Below, in pieces: positions 1 through 8,868 of a stretch of 64,000 nucleotides of DNA (within the stretch, counting starts at the first letter, position 1; every line of letters starts with the position of its first letter). A program made the position numbers and the translations under genes. The notes under the pieces were generated by a model that did not search any database, was not told the DNA's origin, and saw only the letters and a program-made list of their open reading frames with translations. Source of the DNA: Dehalococcoidia bacterium (GTDB lineage: Bacteria; Chloroflexota; Dehalococcoidia; Bin125); the NCBI GenBank assembly GCA_963663895.2, contig CAXXRD010000002.1:384001-448000 (forward strand), read 5' to 3'.

Positions 1-292
1 TGCAGTTCTCCAGCACGGTCATCGAACTCAACTCTTGCGGGATTTGGAAGGTCCGCACCAGACCACGGCGCACGATCGCGGGCGGAGAGAGACGGGCGAT
101 GGGCTCTCCCGCGAACTCGATCGTACCGCCGTCGAGACGCAGGAAGCCGCTGATGCAATTGAAGCAGGTGGTCTTCCCGGCGCCGTTAGGGCCGATCAGC
201 GCCGTGATCGTCCCTTCCTCGATCGCGAACGTCGCGCCGTCGACGGCCGGGTTGCCGCCGAATCGCTTCACGAGATTCGTGACCCGGAGCAT
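1..292 (-). CDS. livG: Branched-chain amino acid type ABC transporter ATP-binding protein (5' part; runs off window edge)
   Basis: Manual minus-strand translation from ATG at 292: MLRVTNLVKRFGGNPAVDGATFAIEEGTITALIGPNGAGKTTCFNCISGF...RGLVRTFQIP. Walker A GPNGAGKT and LivG-type RTFQ motif. Absent from the ORF track because it is edge-truncated. Confidence 0.85.
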   Translation of the reverse strand, partial: MLRVTNLVKRFGGNPAVDGATFAIEEGTITALIGPNGAGKTTCFNCISGFLRLDGGTIEFAGEPIARLSPPAIVRRGLVRTFQIPQELSSMTVLENC

Positions 293-606
293 CCCGTCTA
301 TACTGGCCCTCCGCCCCAAGCGCCCGGAAGAGGCCGTCTCCAACGCCGTGTCATGGTAGCCTGCCGCCGCTCACGCCTGGGACGAGTAACGCCAGCGATG
401 CGCATCGCGCAAGCGTGGCCGGTATGGTGGGAGCCAGCAAGGCGATCGTGCGGTATTCTCCTGTTCTAGCGGCCCGTTCTCTCGCCAGAGGGGCCGCTGG
501 GTTGCTCGGGGGCGTGCTGCCTGTTTAACTGTTCCCGGCTTAGCCGCCGCCCGAACGGCGAGAATAAACTTTCGCTTGGTCCAGCGACGTTCGAGAGGAC
601 AATCCT

Positions 607-2394
607 ATGAGTGAAGCCCTCCAGTCCCCGATGAAAGTCGATCCCGTCACCTTTGAATTGGTGCGTAATTCGCTGAAGGCAGCCTGCGCGGAGATGGCGC
701 TGGTCGTCTCCAAAACCGCGTATTCGGTGGCGATCAACGAGGGCAAGGACTTCGCCGGCACGATCAGCGACGCCAAAGGCAGTCTGGTGACCCAGAGCGA
801 CTACGACCTGCCGGCGTTCGTGGGGCTGAGCATGTACTCGACCAAGGAGGTCGTGAAGCAGATCGGCCTCGAGAACATGGAGCCAGACGATATCTACTGG
901 ATCAACGATCCGTATGTCGCCAGCACGCACTGCAACGACATGCACTTCGTACGGCCGGTGTTCTATGAAGGCCGGGTGGCGGCCTTCGTGGAATCGACCG
1001 CCCACTGGAGCGACGTGGGGGGAGCGGTGCCGGGTTCGCTGAATTCCCGTGCGGTGACCCACTACGACGAGGGAGTGCGACTGCCGGCGGTGCGCGTCTA
1101 CCGCAAAGGCGAGCTGCAGCGGGACGTGGTCTCGCTGGTGATGACCAACGTGCGCGATTCCTGGGAGCGGATGGGCGATCTGAACGCGCAGTGCTCGGCG
1201 CTGCGCACGGGGGACTCCCGCTTGCAGGAGATGTTCCGCAAGCATGGGCTACAGACGGTGTGGGACTGCATGGATGAGCTGCAGGACTACTCGGAGCGGA
1301 TGATCCGCTCCGCGCTCCGCTCCATTCCCGACGGCACCTACCAGACCGAGGACTACAACGACCAAGTCTTCGAGAGCGGCAATCCGGCCGCGTTCCGGGT
1401 CACGCTCACGATCGAAGGGGACCACGCCACTTTCGACCTGTCCGACAGCGACGAAACGGTGCCGGGCAGCATTAACACGACAATCGTCTCGACCACCTCG
1501 TCCCTGTTCAACTCGTTGGGGGCGATCCTGCCGCCGATGCCGATGAACGCGGGGGTGATGCGGGCAATCGAAATCAAGACGCGGCGGGGGTCGATCTGCC
1601 ACGCGCTGCCGCCGACCGCGGTGTCGCTGCAGGCGTCGAGCATGGAGATCCTGGTGGGCTGCGGCGTGCAGGTCTTGAGTCAGGCGCTACCGGAACGGGG
1701 CGCGGGCACCTGCTCCACCATCCTTAATACCGTCTTCACCGGGATCGACGAGCGCGAGACGTTCGGAGACGAGCCGTTCCTGGAGTACGTCTGGGCGGTC
1801 GGAGGCATGGGGGGGACGAAATACAAGGATGGGCCGAGCGTCGTGGGGACCGCGTTCACGGCCACGATCCAGAACATCCCGGCCGAGTTGCAGGAGCGCC
1901 GCTACCCGCTGTTCTGGCGGCGCTATCAGATCAAGCCGAACACCGGCGGGCCGGGCAAGCGGCGGGGCGGATTGGGGCTGGACCAGCTCTGCGAGTTCCC
2001 CTTCGTCGGGGGGCAGTTGACGAATTTCGGCAATCGTGCCGAGATGGGGCCGCCGGGATGCTTTGGCGGAGAGCGGGGGGCAACGGCAGGCCTGGTGATG
2101 AACGAGAGAACAGAGAACGAGCGCCGGGTGGGATTGGTGGCGGTGAACGTGCCGGTCAGTGTCGGCGAGACGCTGCACTACTGGTCGGCAGGGGGAGGCG
2201 GGTATGGCGATCCGCTCGATCGCTCGATCGAGGATGTGGTTGAAGATGTGCAGGACGACTTGCTCAGCATCGCCAATGCGCGAGAGCAGTACGGGGTAGT
2301 CATGAGCGAGCGCGATCGGCGGACACTGGACTACGCGGTGGACGTGGCCGCTACCGACGCTTTGCGCAAAGAGAGGCGCGCCAAGCGCGCTTAG
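607..2394 (+). CDS. Hydantoinase B / oxoprolinase family subunit (orphan paralogue 1)
   Basis: DPVTFELV start, NDPYVASTHCND, STAHWSDVGG and C-terminal SAGGGGYGDPLDR motifs. RBS GAGAGGA upstream. Confidence 0.92.
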   Translation: MSEALQSPMKVDPVTFELVRNSLKAACAEMALVVSKTAYSVAINEGKDFAGTISDAKGSLVTQSDYDLPAFVGLSMYSTKEVVKQIGLENMEPDDIYWINDPYVASTHCNDMHFVRPVFYEGRVAAFVESTAHWSDVGGAVPGSLNSRAVTHYDEGVRLPAVRVYRKGELQRDVVSLVMTNVRDSWERMGDLNAQCSALRTGDSRLQEMFRKHGLQTVWDCMDELQDYSERMIRSALRSIPDGTYQTEDYNDQVFESGNPAAFRVTLTIEGDHATFDLSDSDETVPGSINTTIVSTTSSLFNSLGAILPPMPMNAGVMRAIEIKTRRGSICHALPPTAVSLQASSMEILVGCGVQVLSQALPERGAGTCSTILNTVFTGIDERETFGDEPFLEYVWAVGGMGGTKYKDGPSVVGTAFTATIQNIPAELQERRYPLFWRRYQIKPNTGGPGKRRGGLGLDQLCEFPFVGGQLTNFGNRAEMGPPGCFGGERGATAGLVMNERTENERRVGLVAVNVPVSVGETLHYWSAGGGGYGDPLDRSIEDVVEDVQDDLLSIANAREQYGVVMSERDRRTLDYAVDVAATDALRKERRAKRA

Positions 2395-2401
2395 CGCTTA
2401 G
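2388..2401. repeat. 7-bp tandem duplication CGCTTAG x2 at the hyuB-like stop codon / left edge of the defence islet
   Basis: 2388-2394 and 2395-2401 are both CGCTTAG. Confidence 0.6.
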
Positions 2402-2521
2402 GAACGTCACGAGCGTAGTTTCACTACTCATCGGACTATCAAGTCTGAAGTGGAATTCCACGATCTCCTCGTGCAACCGAGCGGTGCCCTTGGGGCGGTT
2501 GACCGCGACAAGAGCACCCAA

Positions 2522-3343
2522 TCACACAGGAGTGGCTTGCCGCCACATCGACTCGATGTCGCCTTCTATCTGGCGGAATTCATCCGTCGGGAGCATCCGT
2601 AAGCAAGTTAAGCTCGATCCGAAATCCTTGAGAGAAGCATCGACGTGGTACACCGCACCATCGACGAAGAGGAGGCGGAGGTGAGGGAGTTCGCTCCCGA
2701 TGCGGCACTCGCTATCCCCGTCCCAGCTCGCTCGCCAATCAGCCCAAGCTTCGGTTACCCCTTGACTTACCCTTGGGTGGTCCGAGCTGAGGAAGCGCCG
2801 CGAGACTCCACTGGGCGCGGCCGCCGCGAGCGTGAAGGTGTCATCGTTCGTGTATTGGTCAATGATAACGAGCGAGTCTTGGGCAGGTCCGATTAGTTGA
2901 CGCAGCCTGATGGCACCCTCGAATCGCCGTCCGGCACTGACGTAGGTCGGCCCCGGGCGAAGTTCCTCGGGCGAGAACAGTGCCTCTGGAGTCTCCGCGC
3001 TGTCCTCGCGGGTTCCGCCCAACTCGCAAGCGAGCAGCTTCAGTTCGCGGCAGCCGACAGCGGCTCGTACCAATTCCACGCGAATCTGATCGAGGGGTTC
3101 CGTTCCGCTCACAGCGGGCCACAGCACCACCTCGACCTGTCGAGGAGCTTCATGTCGGAGTTGTGCGTCGATCTGAGCGAGGAGCGTAGTCCATCGACGA
3201 TGCCAGGACGCGATTGCCTCAGCATCTCCTTCGCTGATTAGACGCAGCCCATCGCGACGAAGGTCGGCAAGGCGAGCCACCTGGCCATGCAAGCGTTCAA
3301 TCGGATGTGATGCATCGTCGAGTCGGGCACATTCACTGGCCAC
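2522..3343 (-). CDS. Hypothetical protein with C-terminal PLD-like (HxR variant) nuclease-type domain
   Basis: C-terminal half IGPAQDSLVIIDQY...HLRLLFVDGAVYHVDASLKDFG resembles the IDxY / HDRFLxxD / GASLKD family of PLD-fold domains. GTG start overlaps the upstream gene's stop by 11 nt. Confidence 0.65.
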   Translation of the reverse strand: MASECARLDDASHPIERLHGQVARLADLRRDGLRLISEGDAEAIASWHRRWTTLLAQIDAQLRHEAPRQVEVVLWPAVSGTEPLDQIRVELVRAAVGCRELKLLACELGGTREDSAETPEALFSPEELRPGPTYVSAGRRFEGAIRLRQLIGPAQDSLVIIDQYTNDDTFTLAAAAPSGVSRRFLSSDHPRVSQGVTEAWADWRASWDGDSECRIGSELPHLRLLFVDGAVYHVDASLKDFGSSLTCLRMLPTDEFRQIEGDIESMWRQATPV

Positions 3344-6300
3344 GGTGCCTTAGCCCGAATACTCTCTCGTCACGCTCCCTCGCTGCGGCGCGGTCGCGTA
3401 AGTCGCTGAACACTTGTACGCCCGCGTCGATGATCGCGCCGCGGCGTTGATCGTCCCCGCGGTCGAGTTGTGAGAAGGCATCGACTGTCTTTTGCCAGTG
3501 GTGACTCTCTTCGCCCCACCAGGAACTCTCTGAGAAGCTCGTGGTGCCGACGATCTTCTCCAGATCCCATCCGCGGTCGAGAGCGAGTAACGCCCGTTCC
3601 ATCCAATCTTCGCTCGGTCCGCGCCGCAGACATACCCACTGGAGTTCGTCGAGGTCAGCTCGATCCAGCAGCGCCTCCGCTGTGGCCAAGTCCGCCCCCA
3701 CGAGTTCCGTGACGACATCTTGGAGAGGGAAGGAGGGAGCGTCGGCGGGAATTGCATCGATCAACTCCCGCCGAACGTGAGGCGGTAACCCACCGATTTC
3801 CTCTACGAGTGTGTGCGGGAGTGACCAGTGGTCAATAGAGTCACGCTTTAGTCGCGTAAACCAAGCACGAAGCCAGTCGGCGAAGAGTTCAGGATCACTC
3901 TTGAGAATTTCTGAGTACCAGTAGTCGTCCGGTGGGCTGGCGATAATTGCCTCGCGCCAGCGAACTTGTCCTGCTTCGGAGAGGTCGGACAACTGCGTCT
4001 TCCCCGGCCCATGCGCGATCGCTACGGCTGCGTCGCGTGCAACGATCGGGTCGGAAGCATCCAACAAGCGCTCGACGGTCTCAGTGTCGACTTGACCTCC
4101 GACGACCAACCACTCAATCAAGTTCCGGTGGTCCCTACTTAGCCTCGCAATCCCTTTCGCCCTGAGTTCCTCGCCGACGGGACGCGTGAGGATCACCTGC
4201 AAGGCTACCCACGAGTAGGAATCACCCCCGAGCAACTCGGCCAGCGCAGCCTGCCATCCCTCGGCATCAATCTCGACGGACCGTTGCAGAAACGGCAGCA
4301 GCAGATCAGCGGCCGCGCGACGCCGCACCAGTACATCAGTCCAGGTAAGCGGCTCGGCATTCGACTCAGCGAGGAGTTGCGCTAGACGCGGCGTGAAGCG
4401 CGGGTATGAGATTCCGGCGGCGGTGGCCTCCAAGTCCGACCCGTGTAGAAGCTCGACTTGGTCATCGAGCGATCGCGACTTCGCATCTTTGGCCAACGCG
4501 ACGACTGCCGCATCAGCCCTCCGCTCCCAGTCGCTGTGGTCGACCTTGGTACCTGCCCAGTGCTCAGGAAAGAGGGTTTCGAATTCAGGGGGAATCTCGA
4601 CTACAAGATCGACCTTCGCACCGTACGAGCGGAGCTTTCTGAGCGCACCTGGGCGGTCGGCGAGAATGCTCGTCAGCCGCTCGATTACACGCCGCGCGAC
4701 GCCGCGAATCGCGTGAACATCGGCCTCGACTGATGCCCTGCCGAGGCCCAGCGTGCGCGGATAGACCCACGAGTGCATCTCGTCGATCAGTGGTCCGACG
4801 GGCCCGTCCTTCACCCGCGCAACGATTTCAAGGACTCGATCCCAGAGAGGGTCGAGCGCGGTCACTACTGCAGGCGGCAGAGGTGCCTCTCCGATAGTCA
4901 ACTTGTTGCCGAGCCCGGGGTCCTGAGTTATTACGCGTATCTGGGGTTGCATCGCATGCGTCAGAGCACGGATCCCGACCCCTATGTCTCCGTCCGCGCG
5001 GAGCCAACGGTCAACGGCCTCGACAGCAGCCTTTCTGACCTCGACTGGGTGGTCGGACGCCGCGATGTGATCACCAATGACTCGGAGCGGGTGATCCGGA
5101 GCGCTGTTCTCGGGACGATCGTCACCGACGGCTGCGTCCAATAGCAAAGGAAGCGTGGCGTTGGGGTCTACTTCCGCGCGGTGCGCTTCCCGGACGATTT
5201 CGTCTCGGAATTGCGGCCAAAGCTTGATGGCGTCCTGGAGTTCATTTGCCCCAAGAAGGGCAAACGCGATGGCTGACTCAGAGTCGCGGTCATCGACGAG
5301 GCTGCGTACAAACTCGCGATCGAACTCGGCGCCGCGGTGAATCGCGCCGAGCAACGGGGCCGCAGCGCTCCGATCGTCGTCCAAGTGCTGAAGCGAGGCA
5401 CGCAGGTCGAGAGACCCTGGTTTCGGCAGATAGATATCCCGTACGAGGGCGTATCGAAGATCCACCGGCTGGACGCGCAGGCGGATAACACGGCCGGCCT
5501 CCGGTGTCTCATCTAGGGTTCCGCCTGACGCAAGCCCTCGAATCAGATCCGCAACCGTGGGCTGATTGAGACCGAGCGCCTGACCGACCTGCTCAAGCGT
5601 GGCTCCGTACTTTCCGGACAGGGCAAGGAATCCGAGTACATATCGACTTTCAGCACCGATCGACCTTGCATACCAGCCAACGATGTCACGAAGGAGCACG
5701 TCTCCGGCCGCGACATCTCGCAGATCGCCCGTCAGCGACGCGTGGGCGAGCGTGACTGCGAGTCCCACGCGGCCGTGTGCCTGATTCACGAGATGGGCTT
5801 GAAGTTCGACCGGGGCCACGATCCCCATTTCCTTAATGACGTCGAGAATCTGATCACGTTCAAGTTCCCCGATCTCGAACTGCGAAGCACCCGAGAGCGC
5901 TCCAGAAACCTCGTCGACGCTTCCCGGCCAGGTCACGGCCGCGATCTTGAAGCTGGCGCTCATCTGGGACCGCAGTTGCCGGAGCCTGCTCAGCCGATCT
6001 CCCTGCAAATGAGCATCGTCAACCACGATCCTCTGCGGCTGCATGTCGCGGATGGCGTTTTCAAGCTGGCTGACATTCCAGCCATCGTCGAAGAGTCCCC
6101 AGTCATCCTCCATCAACTGCTGAAGCAGGAATGTCTTGCCGATCCCAGGCTTTCCGACGACGACGATATCGCTTTCGATGGCTTTCAGTTGCTCGAACTC
6201 TCGGTCTCTTCCGATGAGGGGAATCTCTGGCATAGGGCGACGGGTGACAGGGAGCCGAGACAGCGCGCGGGCCTCACCGGGAACTCCGAGAAGTTCTTGC

Positions 6301-6716
6301 CGCCATGCCGCGTTCCGGTAGAGCCGCCCGATGAAGTCGGCACGATCATGGACAGCGGCGAGGCGGACGCCGAATTGATCGCGCAGGAGATGGTCTAGCT
6401 TGAGTCGACGGCGTCCACTGATCGGTCTTGTGGTCGCGAACACAATCGCGCGGCGCTCACCCCCGGCATCGACATGACTATTGACGTTGCGCTCGAGATT
6501 GCCGCGCGCGTCTTCTTGGACACTGGCTACAAGGAAGAACGGGGTACCGTCAGACAGCTCTCCGATTCCGTCCATGCCTGCATCGTTCCCGCCCTCGACT
6601 GGACGGAGCGACGGGTAGTCCTCACGCAGTAGATCGACTGCACAGCGCTCGAATGTCGGGCCGTCGAGCGGTCGAGCGGTTGCGTCCCGAATCGCGAGAT
6701 ACAGGGGATCTGGCAT
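3333..6716 (-). CDS. Large REase-like + STAND-type P-loop NTPase + helical sensor protein (Avs-like putative defence protein)
   Basis: N-terminal FERCAVDLL...GGNDAGMDG (Mrr/PD-(D/E)xK-like). Walker A GKPGIGKT, Walker B IVVDDAH, wHTH-like GATLEQVGQALGLNQPTVADLIRGL, then ~650 aa of Leu/Ala/Trp-rich helical region. More AT-rich than flanks. Confidence 0.75.
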   Translation of the reverse strand: MPDPLYLAIRDATARPLDGPTFERCAVDLLREDYPSLRPVEGGNDAGMDGIGELSDGTPFFLVASVQEDARGNLERNVNSHVDAGGERRAIVFATTRPISGRRRLKLDHLLRDQFGVRLAAVHDRADFIGRLYRNAAWRQELLGVPGEARALSRLPVTRRPMPEIPLIGRDREFEQLKAIESDIVVVGKPGIGKTFLLQQLMEDDWGLFDDGWNVSQLENAIRDMQPQRIVVDDAHLQGDRLSRLRQLRSQMSASFKIAAVTWPGSVDEVSGALSGASQFEIGELERDQILDVIKEMGIVAPVELQAHLVNQAHGRVGLAVTLAHASLTGDLRDVAAGDVLLRDIVGWYARSIGAESRYVLGFLALSGKYGATLEQVGQALGLNQPTVADLIRGLASGGTLDETPEAGRVIRLRVQPVDLRYALVRDIYLPKPGSLDLRASLQHLDDDRSAAAPLLGAIHRGAEFDREFVRSLVDDRDSESAIAFALLGANELQDAIKLWPQFRDEIVREAHRAEVDPNATLPLLLDAAVGDDRPENSAPDHPLRVIGDHIAASDHPVEVRKAAVEAVDRWLRADGDIGVGIRALTHAMQPQIRVITQDPGLGNKLTIGEAPLPPAVVTALDPLWDRVLEIVARVKDGPVGPLIDEMHSWVYPRTLGLGRASVEADVHAIRGVARRVIERLTSILADRPGALRKLRSYGAKVDLVVEIPPEFETLFPEHWAGTKVDHSDWERRADAAVVALAKDAKSRSLDDQVELLHGSDLEATAAGISYPRFTPRLAQLLAESNAEPLTWTDVLVRRRAAADLLLPFLQRSVEIDAEGWQAALAELLGGDSYSWVALQVILTRPVGEELRAKGIARLSRDHRNLIEWLVVGGQVDTETVERLLDASDPIVARDAAVAIAHGPGKTQLSDLSEAGQVRWREAIIASPPDDYWYSEILKSDPELFADWLRAWFTRLKRDSIDHWSLPHTLVEEIGGLPPHVRRELIDAIPADAPSFPLQDVVTELVGADLATAEALLDRADLDELQWVCLRRGPSEDWMERALLALDRGWDLEKIVGTTSFSESSWWGEESHHWQKTVDAFSQLDRGDDQRRGAIIDAGVQVFSDLRDRAAARERDERVFGLRHRGQ

Positions 6717-6917
6717 GTAAACGCTCCGCAGAGTGGCCTACGCTCAGTCTAATATGGCCGTGCCTCCCCCAAGAGGGACGATCGGCAGTTTCAGGCCGAA
6801 AAGGGACCGCGGCCGCTGCCATGCGCGAGATGCCATTCCCGAGAGCCTCCTACTTCATGGCCGGCATACGTAGTGGCTACAGGTCTGGGGCGACAACCTC
6901 CGTAGGTGTAGTGAGCT

Positions 6918-7016
6918 TCACGTTCGAGGTGGGCCGAGGCCGTTCATGCGTTCCGGCCGGTTGAGCATGATGCGGGCGACGCGGTCCGCTCGCTCGTAGG
7001 TGATCGTTTCCGGCAT
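6918..7016 (-). pseudogene. Truncated enoyl-CoA hydratase/crotonase N-terminus (32 codons)
   Basis: Manual translation MPETITYERADRVARIMLNRPERMNGLGPPRT*, with the crotonase LNRPxxxN motif. RBS GAGGAGG overlaps the stop of the upstream hyuB-like gene. Confidence 0.8.
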
Positions 7017-7027
7017 GTCCAGCCTCC

Positions 7028-8815
7028 TCAGCTGCCAGCGCGGGCGGCCTGAAGCTCGGCGCGGAGGGCAGCAGTCGCTCCGGCGTCGATCTCATAAGAA
7101 AGGCAGCGGCGATCCAGCTCACGCACCACCACGCCGTAGTCGGCGCGCGCACCTTCGATCGAGACGTACTCGTCGATCACATCGTTGAGTACGCGCTCCG
7201 GGTCACGTTCCAAGGGATCGCCGTAGCCGCCGCCGCCCGCGGACCAGAAGGAGAGCAGGTCCCCCACTGCGACGGGCACAAGGACCGAGAATACCGGCAG
7301 GGATTGCTCGCGCTCGGTGTCGGGATTCAGCGCCATGCCCGCCGTTCGCCCCACTCGGCCGTCGAAGACGCCGGGAGGGCCGAAGCGCTCGCGGTTGCCG
7401 AATGTGGAGAGCGTGCCCGCCACGTAGGGGAAGGTGACGAGCTGGTGAACGGCCATGCCCCCGCGCGAGCGGCCTGGTCCGCCCGAGTTCTGCAAGAGCT
7501 GGTAGCGCTGATAGAGGAGGGGGAAGCGTCTCTCCTGGAGCTCGGCGGGGACGTTGACGATCGTGGAGGCGTACGGCGATCCGACGACGTTGGCGCCGTC
7601 TTTGGCGCGCGAGCCGCCCATGCCGCCGGGCGACCAGATGTAACAGATATAGGTGGTGGCGAAGCCATCGCGCGTGTCCCAGCCGTGGTAGGTGGTGTTG
7701 AGGATCGTCGAGGCAACGCCAGCGCCGCGCGCCGGCAGCGCCGCGCTCATCGCCAGGGTGACGGCGCCGATCACCGCCTCCATGCTGCTTGCGGCGGTCG
7801 CGGAGATCGCGGACGGGGACTGCGCGTGGCAGATGGAGCCGGGCGTCGTGCGGATCGTCATCGCCCGCAGGATGCCGGCGTTCATGGGCATGGTAGGGAG
7901 GATCGATCCGACCGCGATGAAGACAGCGGAGGTCGTGGCGGCGATCGTGGAGTTGACGCCAGAGCCGGCGGCGCCGTCGCTGGCGGTCAGGTCGACGTCG
8001 GCGTGATCGCCGTCGATGGTGAGACGCAGCCGTATGGCGACCGGATCGCCGGTTGCCACGTCTTCGTCGACCCAGTCTTCCGCCTCGTAGACGCCGTCTG
8101 GAAGGGCGCGCAGATTCTCTCGCATCATGCGCTCGGACTGGTTCTGAATCTCCGCCATGCCCGCCAGGACGGCGGCGAGGCCGTGCTTCTCCGCGAGCTC
8201 GCGGATGCGCCGGTCGCCAAGCCGGACCGCAGAGGTCTGCGCGTTGAGATCGCCCATGCGTTCCCAAGACTCACGCATGTTGTGGAGCAGGAGGGCAACG
8301 ACGTCGCGGTTGAGCTCCCCCGCGCGCCAGATCGTGATCGCTGGGATGCGCACGCCTTCCTCGTAGTGGGAGCGGGCGCTGACGTTGATCGACCCAGGTG
8401 CGATGCCGCCTACGTCCGACCAGTGCGCTGTGGAGGACACGAAGGCGATGATCTGATCCTCGTAAAAAACGGGACGGACGAAGTGGATGTCATTGCAGTG
8501 GGTGCTGGCGACGTAGGGGTCGTTGATCATGTAGATGTCGTCGGGCCGCATATTGGCGACGCCGATGCTGCGCAGCACCTCGGGCACGGCCACCATGGTG
8601 ATGCCGACGAAGGCCGGGAGATCCGTCTCCCCCTGCGCCACCAAGAAGCCGTGGCGGTCGTAGATAGCCCCGGCGAAGTCCCGTCCCTCGGCCACGGCGA
8701 TGGAGTAGGCGCTCTTCGCCACGAGCAGGGCCATCTCGTTGCAGACGGCGCGCAAGCCCGTGGAGACGAGCTCATAGAGAACGGGGTCAATGGACGGGGG
8801 GAGACGCTCGTTCAT
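7028..8815 (-). CDS. Hydantoinase B / oxoprolinase family subunit (orphan paralogue 2)
   Basis: NDPYVASTHCND, STAHWSDVGG, ELQERRFP, SAGGGGYGDPLER. Confidence 0.92.
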   Translation of the reverse strand: MNERLPPSIDPVLYELVSTGLRAVCNEMALLVAKSAYSIAVAEGRDFAGAIYDRHGFLVAQGETDLPAFVGITMVAVPEVLRSIGVANMRPDDIYMINDPYVASTHCNDIHFVRPVFYEDQIIAFVSSTAHWSDVGGIAPGSINVSARSHYEEGVRIPAITIWRAGELNRDVVALLLHNMRESWERMGDLNAQTSAVRLGDRRIRELAEKHGLAAVLAGMAEIQNQSERMMRENLRALPDGVYEAEDWVDEDVATGDPVAIRLRLTIDGDHADVDLTASDGAAGSGVNSTIAATTSAVFIAVGSILPTMPMNAGILRAMTIRTTPGSICHAQSPSAISATAASSMEAVIGAVTLAMSAALPARGAGVASTILNTTYHGWDTRDGFATTYICYIWSPGGMGGSRAKDGANVVGSPYASTIVNVPAELQERRFPLLYQRYQLLQNSGGPGRSRGGMAVHQLVTFPYVAGTLSTFGNRERFGPPGVFDGRVGRTAGMALNPDTEREQSLPVFSVLVPVAVGDLLSFWSAGGGGYGDPLERDPERVLNDVIDEYVSIEGARADYGVVVRELDRRCLSYEIDAGATAALRAELQAARAGS

Positions 8816-8868
8816 GGATTCGCTTCAACTCGTTTCAGTCCAGCATGCGGCAGGCTAGCGGGTTCGCG

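Noticed and set aside
35-469. Plus-strand 144-aa ORF at window start
   Set aside because: Antisense shadow of the minus-strand ABC ATPase, whose Walker A motif is clear.
6720-6930. Integron attC-like site at the islet edge (GAACGTGAAGCTCAC on minus strand)
   Set aside because: No complementary L/R boxes could be paired and no integrase is nearby.
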